Shown here: in pieces, positions 51,625 to 64,000 of the stretch
Layout: each line of letters begins with the position of its first letter
Position numbering within the stretch: position 1 is the first letter of the stretch
Source of the DNA: Octopus sinensis
Lineage: Eukaryota
Length of the DNA stretch: 64,000 nt
Direction of reading: 5' to 3'
NCBI RefSeq assembly: GCF_006345805.1
Contig: NC_042997.1
Span: 29,450,001 to 29,514,000 of the forward strand
Made by a program: the position numbers and the translations under genes
The notes under the pieces: generated by a model
Told to the model about the DNA's origin: nothing
The model's input: the letters and a program-made list of their open reading frames with translations, nothing else
Database searches by the model: none

Positions 51625-51870
51625 CTCGGTCGGTTACGACGACGAGGGTTCCAGTAGATTCGATCCACGGAACAACCTGCACGTGAAATTAACGTGCAAG
51701 TGGCTGAGCACTCCAAAGACTCGTGTACCCTTAACGTAGTTCTCTGAGAGATTCAGCGTGACACAGAGTGTGACAAGGTACAACAGAAATAGGAAGAAAG
51801 CGTGAGAGAAATTTATGGTGAAAGAGTACAGCAGGGTTCGCCACCAGCCCCTGCCGGAGCCTCCTGGCGT
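51625..51870 (-). repeat. GC-richer interspersed repeat, probable short retroposon
   Basis: Sharp compositional block (GGCTCCGGCAGGGG...CTCAGCCACTTGCACG...CGTCGTCGTAACCGAC) between two PLE remnants. The family was not identified. Confidence 0.45.
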
Positions 51871-51914
51871 AATAATTTAATAATGACTATTAAATAGGTT
51901 AACGTTTACTCAAA

Positions 51915-52240
51915 TTCAATCACACTGCATTGTGCGAAAGACAGGAATGCCTCGGAGCAGAGTCGACATCTCATGGAAATTATATCGTATGGCTTTGTGT
52001 TCCTATTATGCACCAAATTATTCTATACTTAATTTTACCTTTCTTAGGCCGCCACACAATATCAGCCAATGACGATGAATGTCTCTTGAAGATTGTTTCG
52101 AAGCTGGCGTCATGGTTGCCATAACGGTTCTTGAATGAATCAGTTATTGCTCCAGTGTAAACATACGGTCTTCCCCTTGTGTGTATGTTATATTTATATA
52201 CCAGATCTGTACTCATACACAGGTTCATCAATGAGCGTCT
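51915..52240 (-). pseudogene. PLE GIY-YIG remnant
   Basis: ORF 51980-52231 LVYKYNI...VYTGAITDSFKNRYGNHDASF...SLADIVW...IIWCII, then RCRLCSE after a frameshift. Confidence 0.75.
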
Positions 52241-52280
52241 AGAATCTGCATGAGCACTTATTATATTTTTTTGTATATAT

Positions 52281-52512
52281 TATTTCTTTACTACTCACAA
52301 GGGGCTAAAAACTGAGGGGACAAGCAAGGACAGACAAACGGATTAAGTCGATTACATCGACCCCAGTGGGTAACTGGTACTTATTTAATCGACCACTGAA
52401 AGGATGAAAGGCAAAGTAGACCTCGGCGGAATTTGAACTCAGGACGTTACGGCAGACGAAATACGGCTACGCATTTCGCCCGGCGTGCTAACGTTTCTGC
52501 CAGCTCGCCGCC
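52281..52512 (-). mobile_element. SINE family C with 14-bp TSD
   Basis: Same body as 49948-50171. TSD TTTTTTGTATATAT at 52267-52280 and 52513-52526. Confidence 0.9.
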
Positions 52513-52838
52513 TTTTTTGTATATATGACAGTTCTGACTTTATGTTCTGATGATGTTACAGTGTTAGCTATAGCACAATTATTGCCACTATCATAATGTG
52601 TCCATATATGATGTTTGTTTATTTTTTGTAGTTTACATCTCCTTTCGGTAATTTGATGTGTTTGTATGCTAGTTCCAGTAGGTGCGTTACTGAACTGTTA
52701 TTTCATCTTATTGTAAAAGTGCACGTGCTTTAGCGGTAAACGTCGAGGTGAATACCATACCAATACGATATCTAATATGTATATATATATTTGCATGTAT
52801 GTGTGTGTAAATATATATATGACATATGCACACACACA

Positions 52839-52874
<36 letters not shown>

Positions 52875-52964
52875 CTTACATACATACATACATGCATGCA
52901 TATATACCTAGGCTGATAGATAGATAGATTGATTGATACAGATATGTTTGTATGTATGTGTATG

Positions 52965-53000
<36 letters not shown>

Positions 53001-55280
53001 GTATGCTTGTATTATGTATTTATATATATATATATGTATGTATGTTTGTATGAATGTATGTATGTATGTATGTATGTATGTATGTATGTATGTATGTATA
53101 TATATATACATATATGTGTGTGTATGTGTGTGTATGTATATGCGTACATATCTTTACAAAAAAACTAATATAATTTGTTTATTTCTCTTGTAAAATGAAG
53201 ACAAAGAGGAGAGAAACCTTTGGTCTGGATGTCAAGAAGAAAAGAGGAACTCAACTCTAGAATCTGTCATAGATTGAAAGAAATACTAAGTTAATAGTGA
53301 TAGTTAGGTGAAAAGTAGTATTTTGACGATCGGGAACTTGATTAGTGAGAAGCTGCCGGTTATATCTGTGTGCACACACTCCCGCACATACACTCCTACA
53401 TATATTTTTCTATACGCATAGCATAATTTCTCCCTCCACACCGACCCAAATGTGTATATATCCACATGTCGAAGCATGCATATCAACACGTCTAGGAAAC
53501 TTATTGAAAGTACTAATATGCGCTAACATCTTGCAAGCTTTCATAATATATATCAAATCACTTTTCACATGTGGGTGACCCTTAAATGACGTTAGAAATG
53601 ATTTGCAAAATATACAGTTTATTGTAGAACTAGATCGTAACACAGAGAAATCACCGTTCATGTTGATACGCTGCTTAGAATAAAATCTGACACCTGAATT
53701 GTGAGTGAATGAAAATATTCATAGATTGACACTAGTGCATATACAAACGTGTTGTGTTGAAAAGGAAGTGACGAAAACATTTAGATCAATATATTTAGTT
53801 GTTTTTTTTAATCAAACACGGCATCATAATAGTATTTCCTGGTAAATTGCAACCCATTGTGTATTTTTTCATGTCTATAAGCATAAAATACAAGGAAGCC
53901 TCAAACGCCTGAATAACACGACTAAAAATCTCTATAGGCTGTGCAACATATGTTTTATCAGAACAAGATCAAATTAGTTCAGAAAAATCTAGAGACATGT
54001 ATTTTTATTTCGACATCCTTCATGTTTAGTTTAAAATAAAATAGATAATTATTTACAGTGGCAGATTTTGAAATACTTCATTATTTTCCCTATCATGCAA
54101 CTCTATAACTACAACTAGATAATATTTAAGAAAGAAAAGTATGCATAGAAAACTGCTTCCCGTTTGTATAAATGCAAAACATACACAATGACGGACTTCT
54201 TGGCATATAATCATAGAAAGTAGTCTCTCCCGGATCCTTTTCTGTTAGATTTTGTCACACACACATACACACACACACATAATATATATATATTCACAGA
54301 CACATGCACGCACACACACTCGCATCCCCCTATACACCACACACACACAAGCATCCCCCATACACCGCACACATACCTATTATGTCTTATTTCTGTATAT
54401 ATTCAAAAATATTGTCCAATGTATCATTTTCTAAAGTAAGGTAGCATGATTTGTGAGTAATATAGTTGCTACTTCGAACGATTTGAATGATGGTGATTCA
54501 TGTAAGTGTATGTAGATTATTTAAGGATCGTTTATTAGGTAGTGAGAAAAGAGTCGATCAACACTTTAGTTATATAAATATTAATATAAACATAACCAAT
54601 ATAATATGTAATTACTTAATCTCGCATTTTCCTTGGTAAATATATATCGACTTTCTTCATACTTATATTTTTGCTCGTAGCTGTGTAATTTTTAACGAGT
54701 TGGGATTTTTACATCCGGACATTAAGAGAATCTTGTAAGGAATGATGCTACTTTTCGAAAAAACCCAGCTCCGAAATCCATTCAATTCAGCCGAAATTTT
54801 TGGTGTAGAAATTTCGGATTTACGAAGGTATAAAAGCTTTCTATGCTGCACAATTAAAAAAAAAGAACACATAAAAACATACGAGAGAATAATAAAATAT
54901 CGCTACCATATCAACAGTTCGTAGACTATGCGCCACTAACTAAATTAGGCAACACGAAATAATACTCATCTGTGATTTTTATGATTTTTATGATAATCTC
55001 TCTCTCTATCTTCCCCGCTCTCTATCTTCCGACTCTCTCTCTTCCCCCTCTCTCTCCCTCTCTTGAGAATTATTAGTCGAAACGCTCAACCTCCTAAACT
55101 AAATGTAAATTCATGACGATATTTTGAATGTTCACCTACTTATGGAAATAAATAAACAGAATGTACTTTTCTTATAGTTACACATATAGTATACATAAAT
55201 ATGGATACATCAGAAATATACCATAGAAATATCACAACCATTATTTTTTGTTATTTTACATATATTATATATATTATCTA

Positions 55281-55348
<68 letters not shown>

Positions 55349-56962
55349 TATATATATATGTATGTATGTACATAAGTGTATATTCGAGATGTTCGTGCAC
55401 GTCTGTATATATGCGCTGTATGTAGTACATATTTTCCTTAAACGAGAACTTTTTCTTCTCCAGTTATATTTCCATAAGTATGATATATTCTAAAATAATG
55501 AATGTCTGCCGATTCTGTAAATAGTAAATGTACCATGTGTCAGTGCTAACATATTAGTTTACACAATTATAATTTACGATGTTCTTCAGTTACCAATTAT
55601 TTAAAATATTTCGGTTCACTTGTGAAACATTTTCAAGAATTCATTTTCGAATATTGTGAGCATATGGCTATAATTTATCTTTTTTTTTCCCGATCTCATT
55701 TAAAATGACGCCAATGAACTTATATATAATGATCTGTTTGCATTCTATTTAAAACTAACAGGGGGCACGTTGATTTGCTTTGATATGTAGTGATTTAGAT
55801 AATGATGTCGATAGTGTTCGATATATCACTCCTCATTATACACATGTATGGCGGTAGCTGCATCATTTATGTCAGTTATTATTGCATATTTCACTATAGA
55901 TATCTGTATGATTTTACTTACGATTTTTACTGTTCTTTATGAGACTGATACTGGAGGCTTAGTAAACCACTTCAAACGTCATTATTAATTTGACGGCCAT
56001 AATCATTGAATTACAAATGACTTATATTTAGAAATATTTAAGTTATATTTGTCATCAGATTATTTAAACTTTATATCAACAAAATATCGTTTAGAATATA
56101 CTGTCTTGTAGAGTAGATAGTTCAGCGTACATTTATATATTTGTAATCTTTTTTTAATGTGGAGTCCCCCAGATTTCCTTGTTGCCGATACAGTGAAACG
56201 ATCTAGTATATATTAATCTATGAAGCCTTCGTCTTAATCTAATCCAAAACATTAAAATTATACATATTTTGGTTTGGTGTAATTAATGCAAATTGCTTCC
56301 GATGGAGCCAAATTTAACATAATCATAATGAAAAATGCTTTGATCATATTGCAGGCATAGTGGCAAACGCGCATGGGGTTATGAATATTCATTAGAATAC
56401 AACAGCATATAACAACCATGCATAAAGAAGAAATAATACAATAACATATTCACACATTAACATTGATTCTCTCAATAATAAAACAAAATATTTCTCTATG
56501 TAAAATTGAAAACATCACCGTCACAACGAATTAAAATTTGCTTTTACCTGTAGTACTAACTCTGGGCACTTTATGTTGTTATTCTTAAAATTAACTTAAA
56601 ATGGAAACCATTACAATAAGTACGCGTACATACACGCAAACACACACATACGCACGCGCACACACACACAAATGCACATATACGCACATGCATACTCAAA
56701 AGTACGTACATACCTATATATTTTATGCTATTTATCACGCTATAAGCTTCGTGTCATTAGATGCAAAATAGCTCAGTTCAATCTAGTGGTGTTTAGTTTA
56801 TATTTTGATATTGTGAGTAAAATATGTATGAAAATATATTTCAATATATACAACGTTAATTGAAAAAACAATAGCCTGTTTAGTATGATGCCTCCACCTA
56901 CGTAAGCTCAGAATTCAGAAAACAAAAATCCAGAGCTAAATTTTCAATATTATTCTGAGAGG

Positions 56963-57175
56963 TAAGGCGACGAACTGGCAGAATGGTTAGCACACCAGGC
57001 GAAATGGCTAGCGACATTTGGTTCGTCTTTATGTTCTGAGTTCAAATTCCGCTGAGGTCGACATTGCCTTTCAAGTTTTCGATAAAATAAGTACCAGTTG
57101 AGCACTGGGGTCGATGTAATTGATTTACACCCACCCACCAAAAATTGGTAGCCTCATGCCAAAATTTAAAATCAA
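56963..57175 (+). mobile_element. SINE family C, older copy or subfamily
   Basis: GGCGACGAACTGGCAGAATGGTTAGC...GAGTTCAAATTCC...TCGATAAAATAAGTACCAGTTGAGCACTGGGGTCGATG. Confidence 0.8.
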
Positions 57176-58708
57176 TGTCATATTGAATGACAGGAATTTG
57201 ATATTAGTACATGACAATTCATTCAGGTAATAGTAATTACAGAATCAAGATATTTCATATGCTCATGGGAACATTTTACTCTCAAGCGAGCGTAATTCGT
57301 TTGACTTATATAGAGGAATCCCCAACAAATACGGGTAACATTTAAGATATATCATCTACTTTATTCCACTCAGTATTTCAGATATATCTTTCAATGATGC
57401 AAAAACCGCACTAAATAGTCTTTAGTATGCATCTCACTTGTAATATTTTGGATGAATTCTGAAGACCTACAATTGAATTAACCAAAAGAGATCCATTACT
57501 TTAGACCCGGTAAGAAGAGCGTTTTGCATAGCTAGACTTTTTATGAAATTATTCGACCAATATTCATGCTATTGTAAATCTATTATATATTAGAAACAGC
57601 ACTTTTACTTATTGCTGGCTAGTATTTTTCCGCCAAATGTAAAAAGACTGTCAAACAAGAATTTCATTATTTGTATCTTTTGTTCAAAATTTCACAAGCT
57701 TTTAATGTAATTCTATTCATACCACAAATTATGCATCGCATTTACTCTTTTCAGTAATATATTTTTTAAAACATTATATAACAGATCACTCGATTTGTCA
57801 TTATTTTCAGTTAAAATCCAGTAGAAACATAAACAATTTAATATGAACACATATTGACTATTCCAGTTCCATGTAATCGACCGGATACATGTGTTGGCAA
57901 AAGAAATATTTCCAGTTTATTTTCTTTTTGCCTGTATTGGAAACCAGTAAACAGTCCGTTTCACAGTGGCCCAACTATAACAAATCTTATTAAAGATATT
58001 AACATACCAATAAAATTAGAAAGGATATTCAGTATTAGGGTGGATTATTTGATGTAATTTTTCTATTTCTGAGTTTATGGGTTGGCGTGATATGGTATCT
58101 GCGATATAATCTATATATCAAACCCTCAGTATAAGCAATGAACAGAGAATTAAGCAGATGTAATGTTAGATTTCATACCTTGGAGTTGATTGCTCCCATC
58201 AATAATAGCGCAATCATTGACGATTTGCTACGAATTATTCCAGCATAAACATGTAAAGATAGTATTAAAATTTATTAAATGATTCAATTATTTATCCCAC
58301 GAATGCAAAAGGTAATTCGATTTCAGTTTATGAACGAAATGACTACAGAAATTCCCGAATAGCAATTCAAAATTTCTATAGATAATAGTTTGGCAGTTAT
58401 TCAAATTGAATGGGTGAAGTTATGTATAAGTACAAAAGAGATTATCATTATGAATGTAGTATAGACAAGGAATGGGAGTTCAGAAAAATAATCTTAAATA
58501 AAATGAACCGTAGCTCAGACAAAGTAAATGCGATTTGGAATAATTGATTTTCATTTTGATATAATTCACTGAAATGCCACTGGCAATTAATGCTGGGTTC
58601 CTTCAAAATATATTCCTTGAAGACATTTGCTATTATAACTTAATTAAGGGTTGTAATGAATTCATTGGCAACGTCTCACAGATTAGAGTTTGAAGCAATC
58701 AACTGCAG

Positions 58709-58791
58709 GCTTGATGAAAATCTTATCGATGCTGGACAATCGATAATGAAGAAAATGTATCCTTTTGATAGAAACAGTTTAAAACCAGCAG
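58709..58791 (+). CDS. Candidate exon or transposon-gene fragment (weakly Ulp1-protease-like)
   Basis: CTGCAG|G...CCAGCAG|GTATGT (strong donor). Single open frame LDENLIDAGQSIMKKMYPFDRNSLKPA. Confidence 0.2.
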
Positions 58792-58900
58792 GTATGTTCC
58801 GATTTTATAGTCAGGTATTTGTATGTATTCAACTGGTAACTTCACGGACATGAGCAAAATATAATAACTTTAAACGATGCATATACAAGTACTGTGTCAA

Positions 58901-58945
<45 letters not shown>

Positions 58946-59120
58946 TATATATATTATATATATATATGTATAAATATACATATATACATATATTTATATA
59001 TTTATATATTTATATATACCTATGTATGTCTATATATATATATGCATACATACATACCTATATACATACATACACACATACATACATCTATACATATACA
59101 TACATACATACATACATACA

Positions 59121-59150
<30 letters not shown>

Positions 59151-59152
<2 letters not shown>

Positions 59153-59895
59153 GCAATGATGCGTCTTTCCAAGTGCATATTACTAATATGTTAATAAAAT
59201 GCAGACGGCTAGCTGGATGGATTCTCCGAAATTTCAGAACAAGAGAGAAGGAACGGTGATGGTCCTTTGGAAGATATTCGTCCTCAGCCGCTTGGACTAC
59301 TGCTCCCAATTATGGTCATAAAGGTATATTATGGTATATTAAGATAACAGCAGGACTCGAAGCAATCCAACGAAGCTACACTAAGAAGATCGTCTCAATA
59401 CAACGTATTAGCTACTGGGAAAGACTGAAAGTATTAAACCTCTTCCCCCAGGAGCGAAGGCGTAAGAGACATGCAGTGATATACATCCGGAAAATCCTGG
59501 AGGGTCTTGTCCCGAATTTTGGCATTCAAAGTTACCCCAACAGCAGAACGGGGCGCCACTGGATGGTGCCAAAGATCCCAACATCGCCATCAAAATACCG
59601 GACAAGATACTGCAACAGCTTGGGTTTCAGGGGACTACAGCTCTTCAATATCCTTCCTAAATGCCTGAGAGTCCTGCATGGTGTGGATGTGGGTTTCTTT
59701 AAAAATAAACTGGATCTCTTCTTGTCAGGGGTTCCAGATGAACCTACCACTCGGCAGGAAACACAGATGCAGGCAGCGGCGTCGAACTCCCTTGTTGATC
59801 AAGTGCCACGTATCAGAGGTGGTTTCACATACTAGTGTAACTCATTCAACGGTGGTGCCCCATCATGGGCGCAGCTTTCAGGCTGAAACATTTTA
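59151..59895 (+). mobile_element. CR1-like LINE 3' fragment
   Basis: [13 protein letters not shown]...VLSRLDYCSQLWS...LEAIQRSYTKKI...YWERLKVLNL..QERRR...RGLQLFNILPKCLR...FKNKLDLFLSGVPDEP...ASNSLVDQ, followed by the 3' tail motif. Confidence 0.88.
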
Positions 59896-60361
59896 AAGGA
59901 TATTTAAGGGTTTTTTTTATACATATACACATACATATAGTAGGGTGTCTCTTTTTCAGGGTAAACATTTTTCTGACTGCACCATAGTCTTGTCTAGTGC
60001 GAGTGGATGAAAACATGAGCTATACAAAGTGACAGGTCTCTAAAACTATTTTGTAACTAAACAAGCCTCTTGAAGTTGAAAAAATGGTCAGTATTGTTCA
60101 TTTTGATTGTGTTTGTGTAGTGTCAAGTTCAAAAGGTATCTGTTTACCATTTGTTTCATAACTCTCATAGGGATCTATATTACGCTAGAAAATTATGATG
60201 TTCCTCCGAATCAAAATTCCGGGCAAAGTTTTCTATGGATGACCAGTGATAACCTATGCATAACAGAATCCTTTCTCCACACACCGATACGTTGACGTTC
60301 GCATTGGCGCAACATGAAATTACCTCATGACTGTGAGTCGGAGACTCTAACCACTAATGAC

Positions 60362-60395
<34 letters not shown>

Positions 60396-60431
60396 ATATA
60401 TACGAGAAAGAAGCAACAAGAATGGATTAGT

Positions 60432-60520
60432 TTTTAGTACAATTGTTTCATACAAAGACAGGCTTTATTAAAAGTTGCAAAAATTGCAGCAGATAAAAGT
60501 GTCCCGTACTCATCAGCTAA
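60432..60520 (-). ncRNA. Type I hammerhead ribozyme, intact core
   Basis: Minus strand TTAG-CTGATGA-long stem II-GAAAC-AATT-GT-A-CTAA. Confidence 0.7.
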
Positions 60521-60630
60521 CATACATTTGAGTTCTCTAGACATCTTAGTGGGTGAGGTTATACTCATGAAATATTGGAGATAGTTCCATTAGAGGCAGA
60601 TATAGGTTGTAAACAGTTTTCCAAAGTTCC

Positions 60631-60873
60631 TTAATGATGATGCACAGTCTTATCACAGATTTTTAAAAACTTATTAGTTTCGAAGAGAAGATGAATCAAT
60701 CCATAGTGTAGATTTAAATTTCCAGAGATATGAGGAGGATGATGCACAGACTTATCACAGGTTTTTAAAGACTTATTAGCTTCACAGAAAAGGTGAATTA
60801 ATCCATAGTGAAGATTTACATTTCCAGTGGCAAGATGAGGAATTTCATACTCACAGACGATGTATTTAACCAT
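60631..60873 (-). other. Two 102-bp imperfect tandem repeats with an open frame, weakly ankyrin-like
   Basis: IPHLATGNVNLHYGLIHLFCEANKSLKTCDK / HPPHISGNLNLHYGLIHLLFETNKFLKICDK, period 34 aa. Confidence 0.35.
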
Positions 60874-60974
60874 TATTAATCCACAATCATTTCATGCTAT
60901 ATGATAAGGTAATTTGCCATGTTATTGCTCTCCGTGCAAAACTGCTATGTTGAGATTTCTAAAGGCTGAAGGAA

Positions 60975-61220
60975 TTTATTTGTGGGGCAAAGAAAATAAA
61001 ATAAAAGAAAAAGGAAAGAGACAAGGAAAAAAGAAAAAAGAAAAAGGAGAAGAAGAAGAAATAAGGAAAAGAAAAAGAAAAAGAAAAGGAAAAAGAAAAA
61101 TGAAAGAGAAACGGGGGAGAAGGATACAAAAGAAAAAGAAAGAGAAAAAGAAAGAGAAAAAAGAAAAAGAAGAAAAAGGAAAAGAAAAAAGAAAAAGTGG
61201 AATAGGGAGAAAAGAAAAGG
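60975..61220. repeat. Purine-rich (AAAAG/AAG)n low-complexity tract
   Basis: Seen directly in the sequence. Confidence 0.9.
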
Positions 61221-61267
61221 CGCCTATATAGAGAAGGCGCCTAAGATGTCTAGAGAACTCAAATGTA

Positions 61268-61358
61268 TTTTAGCTGATGAGTACGGGACACTTTTATCTG
61301 CTGCAATTTTTGCAACTTGTAATAAAGCCTGTCTTTGTATGAAACAATTGTACTAAAA
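61268..61358 (+). ncRNA. Type I hammerhead ribozyme, intact core
   Basis: TTTTAG-CTGATGA(61274-61280)-GTAC...GTAT-GAAA(61341-61344)-C-AATT-GT-A(61352)-CTAAAA. 6-bp stem I, about 60-nt stem II hairpin, palindromic stem III ACAATTGT, GUA site. Confidence 0.75.
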
Positions 61359-61589
61359 ACTAATCCATTCTTGTTGCTTCTTTCTCGTTTATAATCACCC
61401 CACATTACTGTATGGATAACACCATATAGTTTTTCTGGTGCATCTAAGTTAAGTACCACATTCAAGTAAATTCATTGGAATTTACTTGAATCTTAATTGC
61501 TTTTATATATATATACCGGAGTAAACACATAAATGTGAAACAAGGTGGAAAAAAGAGTACTCAAATACCAGGGGTAGAGTAATATGCTT

Positions 61590-61745
61590 TATTTAAAAGC
61601 AGCAGAAATTCAACAAAACCTGTTACTCTGAGTTTCACGTTCCCGTTCGCCGGACAATTATGATTACGTTCTAAAGAAAACTGTCCCACAACCGGGAACG
61701 TGAAACTCTGAGTAATAGTTTGTTCTGACATTTTGTTGCTTTTTA
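61590..61745. repeat. Short inverted pair with hammerhead-like motif
   Basis: Minus strand 61656-61621: TGT-CCGGCGA-ACG(GGAA)CGT-GAAAC-TCAGA-GT-A-ACA. The 3' part is repeated on the plus strand from about 61693. Confidence 0.6.
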
Positions 61746-61764
61746 ATAATAATAATAATAAAAG

Positions 61765-61797
<33 letters not shown>

Positions 61798-62346
61798 GTA
61801 GAGTATTTTTCACTCTGTAAAATGCATTACTATGAAATAGACAGCATGTGGATTGCTAGAAATAGGATCCCCCCCCCACCAATCTGTTTTTGGAAAATAA
61901 GTGCACAGGTATCTGCGGAATAGTCAAATTAATTGAAATAACACAAAAAACCTGAAATATCAATTTTATTTAGTGTTCTCAACGGTCAACGTACAATCTA
62001 ACAAAAAAAAAAGCAAACAAATAAGCAAACAAACCTTGCTTTTTATAAGGATAGAATTACACTGTTGCTGTTATTTTTATTCTCACCGCGGTATCCATTA
62101 AATCAAATGAGACACTGGTGTCGATTACTTTTCAATTAAAACTGGCTTTCAATCTGCCCAATGTTAGCTCACATCGGTATTTCTCATTGAGAAAGGCTAA
62201 AGAACAGATGTAATGTTTTTACGACTTTCACAATATGAGAGTTTTTCGCCACGGAAGCTGCAGTGAATTCGCATTTAGAAATTCAAATATGCTACAATCA
62301 TATTTTAACGAATTTACATTTCATAAGTCTGTGTGTGTGTGTGTGG

Positions 62347-62384
<38 letters not shown>

Positions 62385-62476
62385 GTGTGTGCGTGTGTGT
62401 GTGTGTGTGAGCGCGCGTGTGCGTGTGTATGTACGCCTGCAAATATGTATCTTGCGCGTGGGAGGGTTAGTATATT

Positions 62477-62708
62477 TATTTCTTTAACTACCCACATGGG
62501 GCTAAACACAGAGAGGACAAACAAGGACAGACAAACGGATTAAGTCGATTACATCGACCCCAGTGCGTAACTGGTACTTAATTTATCGACACCGAAAGGA
62601 TGAAAGGCAAAGTCGACCTCGGCGGAATTTGAACTCAGAACGTAACGGCAGACGAAAAACGGCCACGCATTTCGCCCGGCGTGCTAACGTTTCTGCCAGC
62701 TCGCCGCC
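62477..62708 (-). mobile_element. SINE family C with probable 13-bp TSD
   Basis: Same body as 52281-52512. GGGTTAGTATATT at 62464-62476 and 62713-62725. Confidence 0.88.
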
Positions 62709-63168
62709 TTGTGGGTTAGTATATTGGTGACTCACCGTATGCGTGCGTGTATTGGTTTTAGCATGTATTAGTACATAATTTGACTATTCATAGATGTGGA
62801 AGTATGAAGAATACGTTTGCTTTTGCATAAAGCATAGACAATTAATTTCGGCCACCCAACTATTCTGCATCGCTTTCGATTATTTTACGGTTTATTCTAA
62901 TGGAATTTTAAATAGAATTTTATCAGCAACGTTTATATTTTTATACAACGCATGTCGCTCAAATTAATTAGTTATTAAATCATGTACTCAGCAATTTTTC
63001 TCCAATGTATTTTCTTGTCATTGAATTTATCGGTGAGAAAATCAATTATTTTGCGTTCGGTAACGATTTAGTTAAAACAAAGTAATTTCCGTCAATTACA
63101 TTATGAAATTCCTCCCTCTCTATCTCATTCCCTCTCTCCGAATATCTAAATACCTGCTCTCTTCCCGC

Positions 63169-63209
<41 letters not shown>

Positions 63210-63541
63210 ATATATATATATATATATATACATACACGTATGTGTGTGTATTTATTTATGAATATATCCACGTATGTTACAGTCATCAAATAAGATTAAT
63301 AAATTTCATTTGGCTTCGATGTTCGGGGCTAAACTATTTTTCATAACTTCAAACAGCTGTATTACGAAATGTAGTTGAAAGAAAAGTAAATGATAAATGT
63401 TGAAGGAATAACATTTTCATTCTTTAATGTGCGACAAGCATTTCTCAGAATGTTTAGTGTGTGCGTTTTTATGTGTATTTAGTTTTGCCTACGCCGCTAT
63501 AAACCCAACTATTTGGGTATGTTCTTTAGCTTGTTTTGGTC

Positions 63542-63650
63542 TTATTATTACCTCCGCCTTCGCTAAGGCGGACGTATTGTTGTCAGTAGTGCTTGATTGT
63601 TTTCCCTTGGACAAGATATCTCAAGAACTACGATGTCTTATTATCTCCCT
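63542..63650 (+). mobile_element. Possible Helentron/DINE-like non-autonomous terminus
   Basis: TTATTATTACCTCCGCC-TTCGCTAA-GGCGGACGTA hairpin after a T-rich start, followed by GTTT-type low complexity. Confidence 0.4.
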
Positions 63651-64000
63651 CGAAAGCATGCTCGTGGTTTCCACGTAAATTATGGCGGCATTGCTTTCAT
63701 TTTCATTTCTCTGTTATTAATTTTACTCGCGACTCTAACTTAATAGAAACTGATGGATAAAGAAATCAAACTACATAAACCAACGACAGCCACACCGTTC
63801 AGAAATAAAGTAACACTACCATATTTTTATAATATATGCATTATATATTATACATACTTATTAACAATTTACATTATACATACGTATATACGTGCATCTA
63901 TATATCGATCTAAAACAACAGAAATAGTTAAGGAAGGCCGGGATTTAAGAGCAGAAAAAACCAAAGGGTCTCATGCTATTCATTAAAACATTCCTGAGTA

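Larger units (their letters stand above)
60402..61388. repeat. Inverted pair of 148-bp hammerhead-bearing repeats with a 690-bp spacer
   Basis: 60402-60549 is a near-perfect reverse complement of 61241-61388. Confidence 0.9.

Noticed and set aside
60914-61231. Lys/Glu/Arg-rich ORF
   Set aside because: It is the translation of an (AAAAG)n purine tract.

Overview
AT-rich, microsatellite-dense eukaryotic DNA. The SINE families and repeat content suggest a coleoid cephalopod, probably Octopus (inference). No complete host gene can be supported; only a few speculative exons are noted. The window is mostly mobile elements. (1) A 5'-truncated but nearly intact R4/Dong-clade non-LTR retrotransposon (RT, CCHC finger, restriction-like endonuclease) sits in a (TAA)n array, with further R4-like pieces nearby. 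(2) Many Penelope-like element (PLE) remnants (GIY-YIG fragments and terminal repeats) are repeatedly arranged as inverted pairs or palindromes. They carry at least 10 minimal type I hammerhead-ribozyme motifs, several with an intact catalytic core. (3) Three tRNA-derived SINE families are present, plus a tRNA-head element with a hammerhead tail and an inverted tRNA-like dimer. (4) There are fossils of mariner, CR1-like, RTE, Tx1-like and Helitron elements. Frequent 1-bp homopolymer indels suggest unpolished long-read sequence, so some palindromes, duplications and frameshifts may be artefacts. All alignments and folds were done by eye, and element boundaries are approximate.
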